From assembly GCA_031279715.1 (NCBI GenBank), contig JAITHY010000040.1:1-38075 (forward strand): a stretch of 38,075 bases of DNA. The letters are read 5' to 3'. Both the position numbers and the translations under genes were made by a program. Shown here piece by piece: positions 18,370 through 27,435 of the stretch. Origin of the DNA: Verrucomicrobiales bacterium (GTDB lineage: Bacteria > Verrucomicrobiota > Verrucomicrobiia > Methylacidiphilales > JAAUTS01). The notes under the pieces are model-generated. The model made no database searches. It had not been told where the DNA came from and was given only the letters and a program-made list of their open reading frames with translations. Position 1 is the first letter of the stretch, and each line of letters starts with the position of its first letter.

Positions 18370-19017
18370 CTATTTTTTCAATCTCAACCATCCCGCGGGC
18401 GCGCCAAGCCCGCCATATTCACCGACAAAATATTTCCCGTCCCGCACGCTGACAGTGAGCCGCTTCCGCGACCCGCTCCTGATGTTCTGCTGCACAATCT
18501 CAATCGCCTCCTCATCCGCCCCGCACACAATCGCCACATGCCCGAAGCCGCGGCTCGTCCACACGATAATGTCATCCACCCGCGGCGGCTCATCCCCGCC
18601 GTTGATGAATTGCCGCAGCCCGCGCCTCACGTTCAGCGAGCCGTGCGGTGTCTTCCGGTCAAAAAACTCCGCCGCGTGCCCCATCCCGTCGGGAAAATCA
18701 TGTTTCATGCGGTCATGATAAAACCGTTTCATAAACTCCACGCACTGCCACTTCTGCCCGTAATAATACCCATCCTCAGCGTAATGCCGCCCCCAAGTCT
18801 TCGTATACGCAATGCCATTGCTCCGCACTACCACCCCGCGCCACATATCAATACTCCCGCCCACCCTCAGCGGCGGCTCGCCCAAAATCCACACCGCCCG
18901 CGATTGCGGCCCCTTGCCCGCCGCCAAAAACACCAATTGAAATCCGGTCAACAACAGCAAACCGCCCGCCAGCAAAGTGCCGCCAATCATCAACATTGAG
19001 CGCAACATCCGATTCAT
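18370..19017 (-). CDS. CHAP-domain cysteine amidase/peptidase with N-terminal membrane anchor; resembles the glutathionylspermidine amidase subtype
   Basis: Catalytic Cys context GQKWQCVEFMKRFY and His context GFGHVAIV...IEIVQQN, comparable to the Gsp amidase ...QCVEF... / GHV......DQN as I recall it. I chose the ATG at 19017 (MNRMLRSMLMIGGTLLAGGLLLLTGF). The tracked ORF extends to 19128. Confidence 0.7.
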   Translation of the reverse strand: MNRMLRSMLMIGGTLLAGGLLLLTGFQLVFLAAGKGPQSRAVWILGEPPLRVGGSIDMWRGVVVRSNGIAYTKTWGRHYAEDGYYYGQKWQCVEFMKRFYHDRMKHDFPDGMGHAAEFFDRKTPHGSLNVRRGLRQFINGGDEPPRVDDIIVWTSRGFGHVAIVCGADEEAIEIVQQNIRSGSRKRLTVSVRDGKYFVGEYGGLGAPAGWLRLKK

Positions 19018-19102
19018 AACCGGCGCTTTTTCCCAGATAAAAAATAGTCCATTCGCACAGCCCGCTCCATCACCGCCAATTAAGCCAAAACCACGGCCAA
19101 AA

Positions 19103-20365
19103 TCAATCCCTCTCCTTCGCAGGAACAATAATCGCCTCGCTCATGCCATGGATGATTTTTTTGTCGGCGGGGGTGATGGTCACCAGCACGCCTTTGAGCG
19201 TCGCCCGGCCCTCTTCGACGAAATAGTACGGGCACAGGCGCGCTCTGCCTTCCATCATCGTCAACGCCCGCGCCTGCTCGTCCCAGTATGGATGGCTGAT
19301 GATTTTGCCCCTGACAAAGCGCTGCATGATCCGCGGCGATTTGCCAAAATCCGCCAGCGCCCGATGCACCGCCTCCCGCCACTCCTTTCCGCTTACATCA
19401 AAGCCAACGGTGACTCCGCGCGAACCCCACGCCAGCGGTGAGAAACCGGAAATCTTTAACACCAACTCCCGTTCCTTTTGCGAAAACTCCGCGACCTCCC
19501 GCCAACTGTGCGCCTCCAAACCCGGCAGCGCCGCGGTCGGCGGCAATTCCGTCGGCTCGACCACCCAGCTCGGCGGGATGATTTTTTGCAAGTCGCGCCA
19601 ATAGCGGTCGCCCAATTCCTGGCGCCAAAACTGCCGCAACGGTTTCAACCAAAACAGCGCGAGCCACATTTTTTCCTCCAAGAACGGTTTGAGCGGCGGA
19701 TCAATGCTCACCGTCAGCGTGTGGCTCGCTGACAGTGACGGCAAATTTTCCCAGTCAAAACATTCGAAAAAACGGTACACAGGCTCGCTGTTAAAGCGGT
19801 AACTCTCAGCGTCCTTCACCCGCCGCGCGCCGTGCAGCCATTCCATTTCGGGGCGATAGTCAGCGGCTTCCTTGCTGATAACCACGCTGCCGGCGGGAAA
19901 ATGTTTCCGCGCCGCGTCCTTCATCCCCGCCGCGCCGCCAATGACCGCCTCACCGTTGGCGGCGTAAGTTTCATTCAACCATGCCGTCAGCCCGACGCCG
20001 CCCGGCACCGAGTCAATTTCCGACAACGCAAAACCACCCTCAGCGAGCATCAAATCGGGACGAATAATTGTCGGCACGTCGTTTTTCCGCTCCGCTGACC
20101 GTGAGATTTCCACCAACTCGCGCGGCTTGCCAAGATCAAGCCACTCCGCTATCCATGAGGGCGCTTGACCCTGATAACTTTTTCGGTACAACAAGTTCGC
20201 CGCCCGCAAAAAGGCGTGCAGCCGCGCGCCGAGTTTTTCCAGATATTCCACCGTCGCCGAGTCAATCGGGAAGGCTGACGGTGACACCCGCCACGTCTTC
20301 CCCGCGAACAAGCCGCTGGCGGGCATGGCGCGTTTGATGTTGTCCACTTTTTCTCTCATCGGCAT
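19103..20365 (-). CDS. ATP-grasp-type ligase, glutathionylspermidine-synthase-like (tentative)
   Basis: 420 aa. IIRPDLMLAEGGFALSEIDSVPGG resembles the RxDxxxxxxxxKxxExNxxxPxG pre-ATP-grasp segment. KPFLEEKMWLALFWLKP resembles SNKALLPLLWEMFP of YgiC/Gsp. LVLKISGFSPLAWGSRGV and the C-terminal IHGMSEAIIVP also fit. The call is from pattern memory only. Confidence 0.45.
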   Translation of the reverse strand: MPMREKVDNIKRAMPASGLFAGKTWRVSPSAFPIDSATVEYLEKLGARLHAFLRAANLLYRKSYQGQAPSWIAEWLDLGKPRELVEISRSAERKNDVPTIIRPDLMLAEGGFALSEIDSVPGGVGLTAWLNETYAANGEAVIGGAAGMKDAARKHFPAGSVVISKEAADYRPEMEWLHGARRVKDAESYRFNSEPVYRFFECFDWENLPSLSASHTLTVSIDPPLKPFLEEKMWLALFWLKPLRQFWRQELGDRYWRDLQKIIPPSWVVEPTELPPTAALPGLEAHSWREVAEFSQKERELVLKISGFSPLAWGSRGVTVGFDVSGKEWREAVHRALADFGKSPRIMQRFVRGKIISHPYWDEQARALTMMEGRARLCPYYFVEEGRATLKGVLVTITPADKKIIHGMSEAIIVPAKERD

Positions 20366-21247
20366 TTATCGGTTAAGCAGCTTCGCCGTCAACGTCAGCG
20401 CCGCAATCAGGCTCTCCGCCGAGGCGAGGTTTTTACCGGCAATGTCCGCCGCAGTCCCGTGGTCGGGCGAGGAGCGCCAGAACGGCAAACCCAAGGTCAA
20501 ATTTACCCCTTCCTCAAACGCAAGCAACTTAAATGGGATCAACCCCTGGTCGTGATACAAGCACAGCACCGCGTCAAATTTCCCGGCAATAGCGTGATTA
20601 AACACCGTGTCCGCCGGCAACGGACCGCTGACGGTGAGGCCAAATTTTTTCCTCAGGCGCGCGACCGCGGGCTGTACAATTTTTCGCTCCTCATCACCAA
20701 ACAGCCCGCCCTCGCCCGCGTGCGGATTCAAGCCGCACACCGCCAGCCGCGGACGCGCAACATCCATTTTTTTCAACAGCGTCAGCGTCCGCTCCGCATG
20801 CGTGACAATGAGTGCCGGCGTCAGCATTTTAACCGCCGCTGACAGTGAGCAGTGCGTTGACACCAACGCCACGCGCAATTTCTCCGATTGCATCGTCATG
20901 GTCACCTCATGGTCGGCGAGTCCAAACGCATGCGCGTAAAACTCCGTCTGCCCGGGAAAATTGAAGCCGATTTGCGCGAGGTTTTTTTTGCACACCGGCG
21001 CGTTGACGACGGCGTGAATTTCCCCGCCGCGGATGAGGCGCGCCGATTCATTGAGCGCCGCCAGTGCCGCCGCCGCTGACCGTCTGGAAAGTTTCCCCGG
21101 CGCAAACCCCGCCGCGCTGCCGATGAGGCGCACGCTGACGTTGAACTCGGAGGGTTTGAACACCGTCAGCGCCCTGGCTATAATCTCCGGGCCAATTCCG
21201 CAAGGGTCGCCAATGGTAAGGCCAATGACTGGTGGGGAGGATTTCAC
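20366..21247 (-). CDS. pdxA: 4-hydroxythreonine-4-phosphate dehydrogenase
   Basis: GDPCGIGPEII, NPHAGEGGLFGDEE, YHDQGLIPFK, SPDHGTAADIAGK. It abuts the next gene with no gap (20365/20366). Confidence 0.9.
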   Translation of the reverse strand: MKSSPPVIGLTIGDPCGIGPEIIARALTVFKPSEFNVSVRLIGSAAGFAPGKLSRRSAAAALAALNESARLIRGGEIHAVVNAPVCKKNLAQIGFNFPGQTEFYAHAFGLADHEVTMTMQSEKLRVALVSTHCSLSAAVKMLTPALIVTHAERTLTLLKKMDVARPRLAVCGLNPHAGEGGLFGDEERKIVQPAVARLRKKFGLTVSGPLPADTVFNHAIAGKFDAVLCLYHDQGLIPFKLLAFEEGVNLTLGLPFWRSSPDHGTAADIAGKNLASAESLIAALTLTAKLLNR

Positions 21248-21249
21248 GG

Positions 21250-22254
21250 TCAGAAAAACATCTTGATAAATGCCTTCGCCCGCAGGCCGTCAAGCCATTC
21301 CTGCTGCAAACGCTCGCGCTCCTGCTGCAACAACGCGCCCTCAATGCCGTCGCGGACTTGGGCGAGCGGGAGAACGGAGGATTTTTTCACCTCGTCCACC
21401 ATCAGGATATGATAGCCATCGTCAGTCTCGATAATCGGGCTGTTCTGGCCGGGGCGTAATTTGAAGGCAACGTCAGCGAGTTCCTTGCGCAACGAGGCGG
21501 CGGTCACCCAGCCGAGGTCGCCGCCGGCGGCGGATTGCGCGCCTTGCGAATACGACCTGGCCAGATTGGCGAAATCCGAGCCGGTATTCACCTTCGCCTG
21601 AATTTCCTTCATCTGCAAATATTGCGGGTCAACCTCGATTTCCTGGCCGTCAGCCTCCTTGCGTTTCTCCTTGAACAGCGCCTTGCGCATGAAAATATCG
21701 CGCAACTTAACCTGCTCCGGCTGCGCGAACTGCTTAATATTATCCTGATAATATTGCTCAATTTGATATGGCGAAACAATCACCGCCGCGGACACATTAC
21801 GCTGGCGCATCGCGTTGACAATGACCCGGCTCTTCAGGTTTTCCTTGTAACTGTCAATCGAAATACCCTGCGCCTGCAGCGTCCGCACAAAAGTCGAGCG
21901 GTCACCGCCGAACTGGTCCTTGATGATTTTGCCCATCTGATCGTCAGCGATGCTGTCCGGCAAAAAGAACCCCTGCGCGTTGAAATCCTGAATGATCAAC
22001 TGCCTCTCAATCAGCGCCTTCAGCGCCGCCAGCCGCGCCTCCTTGATTTTCTCCACCAGATTCAAGCCGCTGTACATCTGGCTGTACTGCTGCTCTATCG
22101 GCTCCACTTCCTTGCGCACCTCGGAAAAGGTGATGACCTTGTCGTTCACCACCGCCGCAACGCCGTCCACCGCCGGTGACTGCGCCGCTGACCATGACCC
22201 GGCCGCCAGCAACACCGTGACCGTCAGCGCCCATCTTTTAATGACAAAATCCAT
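21250..22254 (-). CDS. surA: SurA-like periplasmic chaperone / parvulin-type peptidyl-prolyl isomerase
   Basis: Signal peptide MDFVIKRWALTVTVLLAAGSWSAAQ, a SurA_N-like helical region, and a single parvulin domain (GGDLGWV...GYHILMV). Sits 2 nt upstream of pdxA, the classic surA-pdxA linkage. Confidence 0.75.
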   Translation of the reverse strand: MDFVIKRWALTVTVLLAAGSWSAAQSPAVDGVAAVVNDKVITFSEVRKEVEPIEQQYSQMYSGLNLVEKIKEARLAALKALIERQLIIQDFNAQGFFLPDSIADDQMGKIIKDQFGGDRSTFVRTLQAQGISIDSYKENLKSRVIVNAMRQRNVSAAVIVSPYQIEQYYQDNIKQFAQPEQVKLRDIFMRKALFKEKRKEADGQEIEVDPQYLQMKEIQAKVNTGSDFANLARSYSQGAQSAAGGDLGWVTAASLRKELADVAFKLRPGQNSPIIETDDGYHILMVDEVKKSSVLPLAQVRDGIEGALLQQERERLQQEWLDGLRAKAFIKMFF

Positions 22255-25200
22255 TGCTCTATTTCCAACATCCTGGCTTTTATTTGCGTTTTGGCAAGCC
22301 TCGGGAATTTCCCGCCGACCATGACGTAATCGCCGTTCCTCGTCATCATCAGCCTGCCCTCCTTCACCTCCACGCAGGCCAGCCCGGCCAGCGCGGCATT
22401 CAATCTAACACGATTATATAACAAAAGCAATTCCACCGATTCCGGCCAGCGCCCGTGGCAGTCTTTCCACTTCGCCCGCAACGCCTCCCATTGCGCCACG
22501 CTCTGCAACTCCGCCAACTCACGGTAAGCGGCAATCCGCCACCGCGCTTCCGCCATGTACGACGATGGAATAAACGCCCCTGTAAAATCCCCGCCGCCAA
22601 TCCGCAAAAAATCCAGCCTTAGCCTGACCTCAGGCAAGTCATTCTGAGGCCCGCCCTTGAAAGTGGCAACCGCTTTTTTCAACAATCGGCAATACAACTC
22701 AAAGCCGACCGTGACGATGTGCCCGCTCTGTTCCGTGCCGAGCAAATTGCCCGCGCCGCGAATTTCCAAGTCACGCATCGCAATCCTGAACCCCGCGCCC
22801 AACTCCGTGTACTGCCGGATGGCTTGCACCCGCTTGCCCGCGTCGCCGCTGATCATGTCGCGCGGCAGCAGCAAAATCGCGTACGCCCGCGCCTGCCCGC
22901 GCCCCACGCGCCCGCGCAACTGGTACAAATCCGCCAAACCAAACCGGTCGGCGCGGTCAATGATGATGGTGTTCGCATTCGGAATATCAATGCCGCTCTC
23001 AATGATGGTGGTCGAAACCAGCACGTCCGTTCGCCCGTCGACAAACTTGTGCATCACGTCCTCCAGCATCTCCGTTTCCATTTGCCCGTGCCCAATGTCA
23101 ACCTTGGCGTCCGGCGCCAGAAAGCCGATTTTTTGGGCGACCAGGTCGATGCTCGCCACGCGATTGTGCAAATAATACACCTGCCCGCCGCGCCGCAACT
23201 CGCGCCGGATGGCGTCGCGGATGAGACGCTCATCGTAAGCGCAAATTGTTGTGTCCACCGGCAGCCGGTTCGGCGGCGCGGTCTCAATGGTGCTCATGTC
23301 GCGCGCCCCCATCAGCGAGAAATACAACGTGCGCGGAATCGGCGTCGCTGACAGTGTGAGCACGTCGATGAGCCGGAAGTTTCGCTTGAACATTTCCTTC
23401 TGCCGCACGCCAAACCGCTGTTCCTCATCAATAATCACCAGGCCGAGATTCTTAAATTTCACGTCCTTGGAAATCAGCCGGTGCGTGCCGACGACAATGT
23501 CCAGCTGACCGTCAGCGAGTTGTTCCAGCACGCGCCGCTGACACTGACGCGACTGGAACCGGCTCAACAAACCGATGTTGACCGGATAATCCGCCATGCG
23601 CTCGCACAGCGTCTCGTAATGCTGCTGCGCCAGCACCGTGGTCGGCACGAGGAACCCGACCTGCCTGCCCGCCGTCGCCGCCTTGAACGCCGCGCGAATC
23701 GCCACCTCCGTTTTGCCGAACCCAACATCGCCGCAAATAAGCCGGTCCATCGGACGGGCGCTTTCCATGTCACGCTTGGTCTCCTCAATCGCCTTGAGCT
23801 GGTCGGGCGTCGGCTGGTACAAAAACGCATCCTCAAACTCCCGCTGCCACTCACCATCAGCGGGAAACGCCGTGCCGGACAAACTCTCGCGCTCCGCCTG
23901 AATTCTAATCAACTCCGCCGCATAGTTGAAAATCGCCTGCTCCGCCTGTTTCTTGGCTCGCTCCCAATGACCGTTGCCCAGCACACTCAGCATCGGATGC
24001 CGCCTGCCCGCGCCCACATAACGCGACACCAAATGCGCCTGCTCCAACGGCACGTACAATTTCACGCTCCCGGCAAACTGCAACACCAGCGCCGACTGCC
24101 GCGCCTCACCGTCAGCGGTCACCTCCTCCATCCCGCAATACAACCCAATGCCGTGGTCGGCGTGCACCACGTAGTCACCGTCAGCGATGTCGGAAAAATC
24201 CAGCGGCGCGCGCTTCGCCTGCCGCGCCTGCAACCGCGCCGCCCTCCGCAGCGAGCGCAGCGTTTGATAACGCCCGAAAATCTCCGCGTCCGCCAGCAAC
24301 GCCAGCTTCTGCCCCACCCAGCTGAACCCGCGCAACAATGGACTCTGGCAAAAACGCACCAGCGGCTCGCCGTCAGCGGCGCGCAAATTCACCCCCCGCT
24401 CACGGCACCATTCCTTGAGCCGCTGCTCCTCACCCTCGTTGTTGCTGCTAATCCACACCTGCCAGTCGTTGTCGAGCCAGTCGTTGAGTTGCCGCACCAG
24501 CAGCCTGTTGCGATTTTCCAGCAACACCGGATCGGTGGCCGGCTGGTGCAAAAACGTGTGCTCGAAAAACGCCGCGTCCGCCCCCTCATCGTCAGCGGCC
24601 AAATCCACCACCAGCGGCGGCGTTGAAAAATACGCTGGCAATGACGCATCCCCCTGGCCCTGCAAAATGCCAAACGAAATCTGCGCCGCCTCCAGCCTGG
24701 CGACCGACTGCTGCTCCGTCACGTCAAACTCGCGGATGGAATCCACCTCATCGCCAAACCATTCCACCCTCAGCGGCGCCTGCCCGCTCCACGAAAACAC
24801 ATCCACAATACCGCCGCGCACCGCGTATTGCCCGCGCTGGCTGACCGTCCCCTCGCGCTGATACCCCGCGCTGACGAGGCGTTGCAAAAATTCCTCCATC
24901 GGCAAACGCCGCCCGCAGACGATGGCGTAAAACTGATTTTGCAACGCTGACGGTGACGGAAATTTTTGCCCCCAAGCCACCGCCGTGGTCAGCAACAACT
25001 GGTTGGGCGACACCAACAGCGTCTGCAACGCCTCCGTCACCTCCGCGAGCAAATCGGGTCCATGGTCAGCGCCCGCCGTGTCGTGCAACTCCGGCAAAAA
25101 CACCGCCGCGCACCGCCAGGCCGCCAAATCATTCGCCAGCTCCTCCTGCGCCCGCGCATTCGGCGCCAGCACAATCAGCGGCTCCCCCCCGTGCCTCAAC

Positions 25201-25325
25201 CGCCAGGCCGCCAGCACAAACGCCTGCGCGCTCGCCGGCATCCCACGCAACGACTCGCCGCCATCAAACACCCGCGCCAAAGCCGGCCGCGCCAATAATT
25301 GTGTTAAACACTCCCGCGCCATCAA
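22224..25325 (-). CDS. mfd: Transcription-repair coupling factor
   Basis: 1033 aa. UvrB-homology N-terminus, CarD-like segment (GDYVVHADHGIG), helicase motifs GDVGFGKTEVAIRAAF / IIDEEQRFGV / SATPIPRTL / QLRGRVGR, and a TRCF C-terminal domain. Its 3' end overlaps the surA-like start by 31 nt. Confidence 0.92.
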   Translation of the reverse strand: MMARECLTQLLARPALARVFDGGESLRGMPASAQAFVLAAWRLRHGGEPLIVLAPNARAQEELANDLAAWRCAAVFLPELHDTAGADHGPDLLAEVTEALQTLLVSPNQLLLTTAVAWGQKFPSPSALQNQFYAIVCGRRLPMEEFLQRLVSAGYQREGTVSQRGQYAVRGGIVDVFSWSGQAPLRVEWFGDEVDSIREFDVTEQQSVARLEAAQISFGILQGQGDASLPAYFSTPPLVVDLAADDEGADAAFFEHTFLHQPATDPVLLENRNRLLVRQLNDWLDNDWQVWISSNNEGEEQRLKEWCRERGVNLRAADGEPLVRFCQSPLLRGFSWVGQKLALLADAEIFGRYQTLRSLRRAARLQARQAKRAPLDFSDIADGDYVVHADHGIGLYCGMEEVTADGEARQSALVLQFAGSVKLYVPLEQAHLVSRYVGAGRRHPMLSVLGNGHWERAKKQAEQAIFNYAAELIRIQAERESLSGTAFPADGEWQREFEDAFLYQPTPDQLKAIEETKRDMESARPMDRLICGDVGFGKTEVAIRAAFKAATAGRQVGFLVPTTVLAQQHYETLCERMADYPVNIGLLSRFQSRQCQRRVLEQLADGQLDIVVGTHRLISKDVKFKNLGLVIIDEEQRFGVRQKEMFKRNFRLIDVLTLSATPIPRTLYFSLMGARDMSTIETAPPNRLPVDTTICAYDERLIRDAIRRELRRGGQVYYLHNRVASIDLVAQKIGFLAPDAKVDIGHGQMETEMLEDVMHKFVDGRTDVLVSTTIIESGIDIPNANTIIIDRADRFGLADLYQLRGRVGRGQARAYAILLLPRDMISGDAGKRVQAIRQYTELGAGFRIAMRDLEIRGAGNLLGTEQSGHIVTVGFELYCRLLKKAVATFKGGPQNDLPEVRLRLDFLRIGGGDFTGAFIPSSYMAEARWRIAAYRELAELQSVAQWEALRAKWKDCHGRWPESVELLLLYNRVRLNAALAGLACVEVKEGRLMMTRNGDYVMVGGKFPRLAKTQIKARMLEIEQWILSLKDGR

Positions 25326-25410
25326 GGATTAAATTCTAACCACGAAGACACCTCTGCACGAAGTCCTAATTTGACGGAACTTCACGCCTGGTGGTTTAAA
25401 TTTTCGCGCA

Positions 25411-25446
25411 AAAAAACGCCCGCTGATAATGAACGGGCGTTTTTTT
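25411..25446 (-). terminator. Rho-independent terminator downstream of pck (symmetric A/T flanks, potentially bidirectional)
   Basis: AAAAAA-CGCCCG-ctgataatgaa-CGGGCG-TTTTTTT. It starts 16 nt after the pck stop (25462-25464, minus strand). Confidence 0.8.
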
Positions 25447-25461
25447 GGGTGACGGTCAGCG

Positions 25462-27282
25462 TCAGAGACGGCTAATGAGCAACTGGCGCTCATTCAGCAG
25501 TTCCTTCGGCAAACGGTCGCTGAGTTTCAAGAAAAGCGCCTCGTGTTGCAAAGTCACTTGCTTCCAGTTCGCGCGGTTGATGTCCATCGCCTCGGCCCAT
25601 TGTTCCTTGGTGAAGGACAGCCCCGTCCAGTCGAAGTCCTCATAGCGCGGCACCCAGCCGAGCGGGCTTTCCACGGCGGCGGCGCTGTCATTCGCACGGC
25701 CCACAATCCATTGCAAGACGCGCATATTCTCGCCGTAACCGGGCCACAAAAATTTACCGTCCTTGTCTTTGCGGAACCAGTTGACGTGGAAGACGCGCGG
25801 CTTCACCGTCAGCGTTTTGCCAAGATTCAACCAGTGTTGGAAATATGCGCCCATGTGGTAACCGGCGAACGGCAGCATCGCAAACGGGTCGTTGCGAAGC
25901 TGACCGACCGTGCCAGCGGCTGCGGCGGTCATTTCCGAACCCATCGTCGCGCCAAGATACACGCCATTGCTCCAGTTGTAAGCCTGGAACACCAGCGGCA
26001 CGTCGCTCATGCGGCGTCCGCCGAAGATGAACGCGCTGATGGGCACGCCTTCGGGGTTTTCCCAGGCGGGGTCAATCGTCGGGCACTGCGAGGCGGGCGC
26101 GGTGAAGCGGGCGTTCGGGTGCGCGGCCTTGCGACCACAATCCGGCGTCCAGTCCTGGCCAGTCCAGTCGCGCAATTTCGCGGGCGGCGCATCGGTCATG
26201 TCCTCCCACCACACATCGCCGTCGGGCGTCAGCGCGCAGTTGGTGAAAATCGTGTTCTTTGACGCGGAAATCATCGCGTTCGGGTTCGATTTGACCGAGG
26301 TGCCGGGCGCGACGCCAAAGTAGCCGTACTCAGGATTGATGGCGTAGAGTCGGCCATCCTTGCCGGGTTTAATCCAGGCGATGTCGTCGCCGACCGTCCA
26401 CACTTTCCAGCCTTTTTCCTGGAATGGCTTCGGCGGGATGAGCATGGCGAAGTTGGTCTTGCCGCAAGCCGACGGGAATGCCGCCGCGACGTAGGTTTTT
26501 TTGCCCCGCGGGTCCTCGACGCCGAGGATGAGCATGTGTTCGGCCATCCAGCCCTCATCACGCGCCATGCAGGAGGCAATGCGGAGGGCGAAGCATTTTT
26601 TGCCCAGCAACGCGTTGCCGCCGTAACCGCTGCCGTACGACCAAATTTCGCGGGTGTCGGGAAAATGCACGATGTATTTTTGCTCCTTGTTGCACGGCCA
26701 CGGCACATCCTTCTGCCCCGCCGCCAGCGGCGCGCCGACGGAGTGCACACACGGCACAACGAAACGGTCGCCCTTGTCAATCAAATCGAACACCTTCTGC
26801 CCCATGCGGGTCATGATTTTCATGTTCGTCACAACGTACGGCGAATCGGACAACTCGACGCCGATATGGCTGATGTCCGAACCGAGCGGCCCCATGCTGA
26901 ATGGAATCACATACATGGTGCGCCCCTTCATGCAGCCGGTGAAAAGTTTTTTCAATGTGTCCTTCATCTCGCGCGGGTCCATCCAGTTGTTGGTCGGCCC
27001 CGCATCCTCGCGGTTCTGGCTGCAAATGAACGTGCGATCCTCAACGCGCGCCACATCAGTGGGGTCGGAGCAGGCGAGATAACTGTTCGGGCGTTTTTTT
27101 TCGTCGAGCTTGACGAAAGTGCCGCTCTTGACCATCAGGTCGCAAAGTTGGTTGTATTCTTGCTCGGAACCGTCGCAGAAGTGGACTTGATCGGGCTGGC
27201 ACAACTCAACCATTTGCCCAATCCATTTTAGCAAAGGAGCATGGTTGGTTTTACCGTTGCCGGCCTGTTTGTAATTACTCAT
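25462..27282 (-). CDS. pckG: Phosphoenolpyruvate carboxykinase (GTP)
   Basis: GTP-PEPCK signatures [57 protein letters not shown]. Start trimmed from 27381 to the ATG at 27282 (MSNYKQAG...). Confidence 0.93.
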   Translation of the reverse strand: MSNYKQAGNGKTNHAPLLKWIGQMVELCQPDQVHFCDGSEQEYNQLCDLMVKSGTFVKLDEKKRPNSYLACSDPTDVARVEDRTFICSQNREDAGPTNNWMDPREMKDTLKKLFTGCMKGRTMYVIPFSMGPLGSDISHIGVELSDSPYVVTNMKIMTRMGQKVFDLIDKGDRFVVPCVHSVGAPLAAGQKDVPWPCNKEQKYIVHFPDTREIWSYGSGYGGNALLGKKCFALRIASCMARDEGWMAEHMLILGVEDPRGKKTYVAAAFPSACGKTNFAMLIPPKPFQEKGWKVWTVGDDIAWIKPGKDGRLYAINPEYGYFGVAPGTSVKSNPNAMISASKNTIFTNCALTPDGDVWWEDMTDAPPAKLRDWTGQDWTPDCGRKAAHPNARFTAPASQCPTIDPAWENPEGVPISAFIFGGRRMSDVPLVFQAYNWSNGVYLGATMGSEMTAAAAGTVGQLRNDPFAMLPFAGYHMGAYFQHWLNLGKTLTVKPRVFHVNWFRKDKDGKFLWPGYGENMRVLQWIVGRANDSAAAVESPLGWVPRYEDFDWTGLSFTKEQWAEAMDINRANWKQVTLQHEALFLKLSDRLPKELLNERQLLISRL

Positions 27283-27435
27283 TATTTTTACCTTTCGGGT
27301 GAATTGTTGCGTGTAATCACACCCCATCCAGCAGGGTGTGAAAAACGCAAAAATTATAGGTAGCGTGACAAAGGCTGGCAATGCTTTATTTTTTCAAAAA
27401 CCAGGCTGCGCAAACGAAGGCGGCTCTTTTTAAAA

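Noticed and set aside
23481-24626. 381-aa plus-strand ORF inside mfd
   Set aside because: It is antisense to a gene with unambiguous Mfd helicase motifs. Its composition is Arg/Leu/Pro/Gln-biased and I recognise no motif.
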